Assembly: GCA_043775215.1 (NCBI GenBank)
Contig: JAYVSP010000179.1
Location: forward strand, 1-36,550
Source of the DNA: Planctomyces sp.
GTDB taxonomy: Bacteria > Planctomycetota > Planctomycetia > Planctomycetales > Planctomycetaceae
Direction of reading: 5' to 3'
DNA length: 36,550 nt
The position numbers and the translations under genes are program-made. Positions 35,510-36,550 of the stretch are shown in pieces. The stretch's first letter is position 1; each line of letters opens with the position of its first letter. A model generated the notes under the pieces. The model did no database searches, was not told the DNA's origin, and was given only the letters and a program-made list of their open reading frames with translations.

Positions 35510-36181
35510 ATGTCGCACAAGGAAGAAATACTGCGGCAACTCGAGTTGTTGATCGCTGACGGTCAGCGCCTTGCTGATTCGTACGAAGGTGAAGACGGTT
35601 TCTTCGAGTCGGGCGCGACCGAAATCGAACTCAGAACCTTCGCGACAGCATCGCTCGCGGCCATCGAACGTGTCAGCGGTCGAAGCAGTGAGTATTACCA
35701 AAGCATCCCGAGAAGCGAACTTTTACAACAATTGTCTTCTGTCGACGGATATGTGCAGTTTGTACCTGCCGCGACTGGTGCATTGACGGCTTTACGATCT
35801 GCGATTCAATGTGGCATGTTGACGTCGCTTGAATCTCGATTGCGTGCCAACATTCACGATGATTTCCTCGCCCAAGCTAACGAATTGCTCATGGCCGGTT
35901 ATCACGTCGCCGGCATGGTTCTCGTGGGCGGCGTGTTAGAGCACCACCTACTCAAGCTAGTTCAGGCCCGTAACCTTCAATGGTCAAATGCGGGAAGTCT
36001 CGCGAAATACAACGATCTATTGCGAGATGTCGTTTACCCGCAACCGACATGGCGGCGGATTCAGTCAATCGCCGATGTGCGCAATGAGGCTGCCCACGGG
36101 AATGGGGCGCAGGTGAAAGTCGATGATGTGAAGGATGCGTTGAACTTCACGCAAAGGATTCTTACGGATCACCCGTTGTAG
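35510..36181 (+). CDS. HEPN-superfamily protein (DUF4145-like C-terminal domain) with coiled-coil N-terminus
   Basis: Rx4H motif in IADVRNEAAHG, preceded by AGMVLVGGVLEHHLLKLV..LAKYNDLLRD, the typical DUF4145 layout. GTG 35480 is an alternative start. Confidence 0.7.
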   Translation: MSHKEEILRQLELLIADGQRLADSYEGEDGFFESGATEIELRTFATASLAAIERVSGRSSEYYQSIPRSELLQQLSSVDGYVQFVPAATGALTALRSAIQCGMLTSLESRLRANIHDDFLAQANELLMAGYHVAGMVLVGGVLEHHLLKLVQARNLQWSNAGSLAKYNDLLRDVVYPQPTWRRIQSIADVRNEAAHGNGAQVKVDDVKDALNFTQRILTDHPL

Positions 36182-36193
36182 GACGAACGAAGC

Positions 36194-36517
36194 ATGCCCT
36201 CTATCGCAATTCCCAATGTGGCCAATCGTGATTTGGATGGGGTCTTCGCGCACCTCAGTCAGTTCGGACGTTGGGGAATGGACAAGAAAAAGCGATTCGT
36301 CATCGCAAACTGGAGTTGGCACACCGTCGTTCGCATTTACGCGAAAGGAGAAACAATCGCGGTCACCGCGGTCACCGCCTCGCCACGATTCCGAACGATG
36401 TTTGTCTTTGAGGTCATCCCAATGTGTTTCATTGCGAGCGCGTTGGAGCAGGAAAAGGGGTCAGGACTGAATGGCACTGCCGTTACTGTTTTGCACATGG
36501 TCGGCGCGCAGCGGTAG
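36194..36517 (+). CDS. hypothetical 107-aa protein, 12 nt downstream of the HEPN gene
   Basis: ORF track, ATG start. One hydrophobic stretch MFVFEVIPMCFIASAL. No family recognised. Confidence 0.4.
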   Translation: MPSIAIPNVANRDLDGVFAHLSQFGRWGMDKKKRFVIANWSWHTVVRIYAKGETIAVTAVTASPRFRTMFVFEVIPMCFIASALEQEKGSGLNGTAVTVLHMVGAQR

Positions 36518-36550
36518 GACGCACGCGCGAGGGCGTGTGCTATAGGGCGT

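Overview
GC-rich bacterial chromosomal segment. The gene content suggests Planctomycetota (Pirellulales-like): three chaperonin genes, BON and Pro/Gly-rich secreted proteins, many lipoproteins, weak Shine-Dalgarno use. This taxonomic call is inference only. Most of the window is housekeeping or core: a giant membrane-embedded patatin-like phospholipase, two tandem SpoU/TrmH RNA methyltransferases, a CzcBA-type RND efflux pair with an atypical outer-membrane partner, map, rpsU, a BON protein, metX, tkt, a GNAT acetyltransferase, an AAA+ ATPase/TPR lipoprotein operon, a FabF-like ketoacyl synthase and a groEL-groES-groEL cluster. No rRNA, tRNA, CRISPR array, integrase or transposase was recognised.

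The most interesting region is the 3' end (33.0-36.5 kb). A ~2.2 kb three-gene cassette sits immediately after groEL2: an ABC/AAA_21-type ATPase, a small Toprim-like protein and an 83-aa ORF. It is bracketed by ~120-bp direct repeats that duplicate the last groEL codons plus the terminator. The relic copy differs from the live copy only by synonymous changes. A HEPN (DUF4145-like, Rx4H) gene with a small partner follows. Together this looks like an integration hot spot carrying candidate anti-phage or abortive-infection modules.

Other notable points:
- a perfect 33-bp inverted repeat element inserted in frame inside the ketoacyl synthase gene
- a family of GTAG-headed REP/REPIN-like palindromes in many intergenic regions
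- a (CTCCTCAC)x7 repeat identical to the anti-Shine-Dalgarno core
- an (AAATCCC)x8 repeat between groEL1 and groES
- a reverse-order RelE/ParE-Phd toxin-antitoxin pair abutting metX

All family assignments come from reading motifs by eye. No database search was run.
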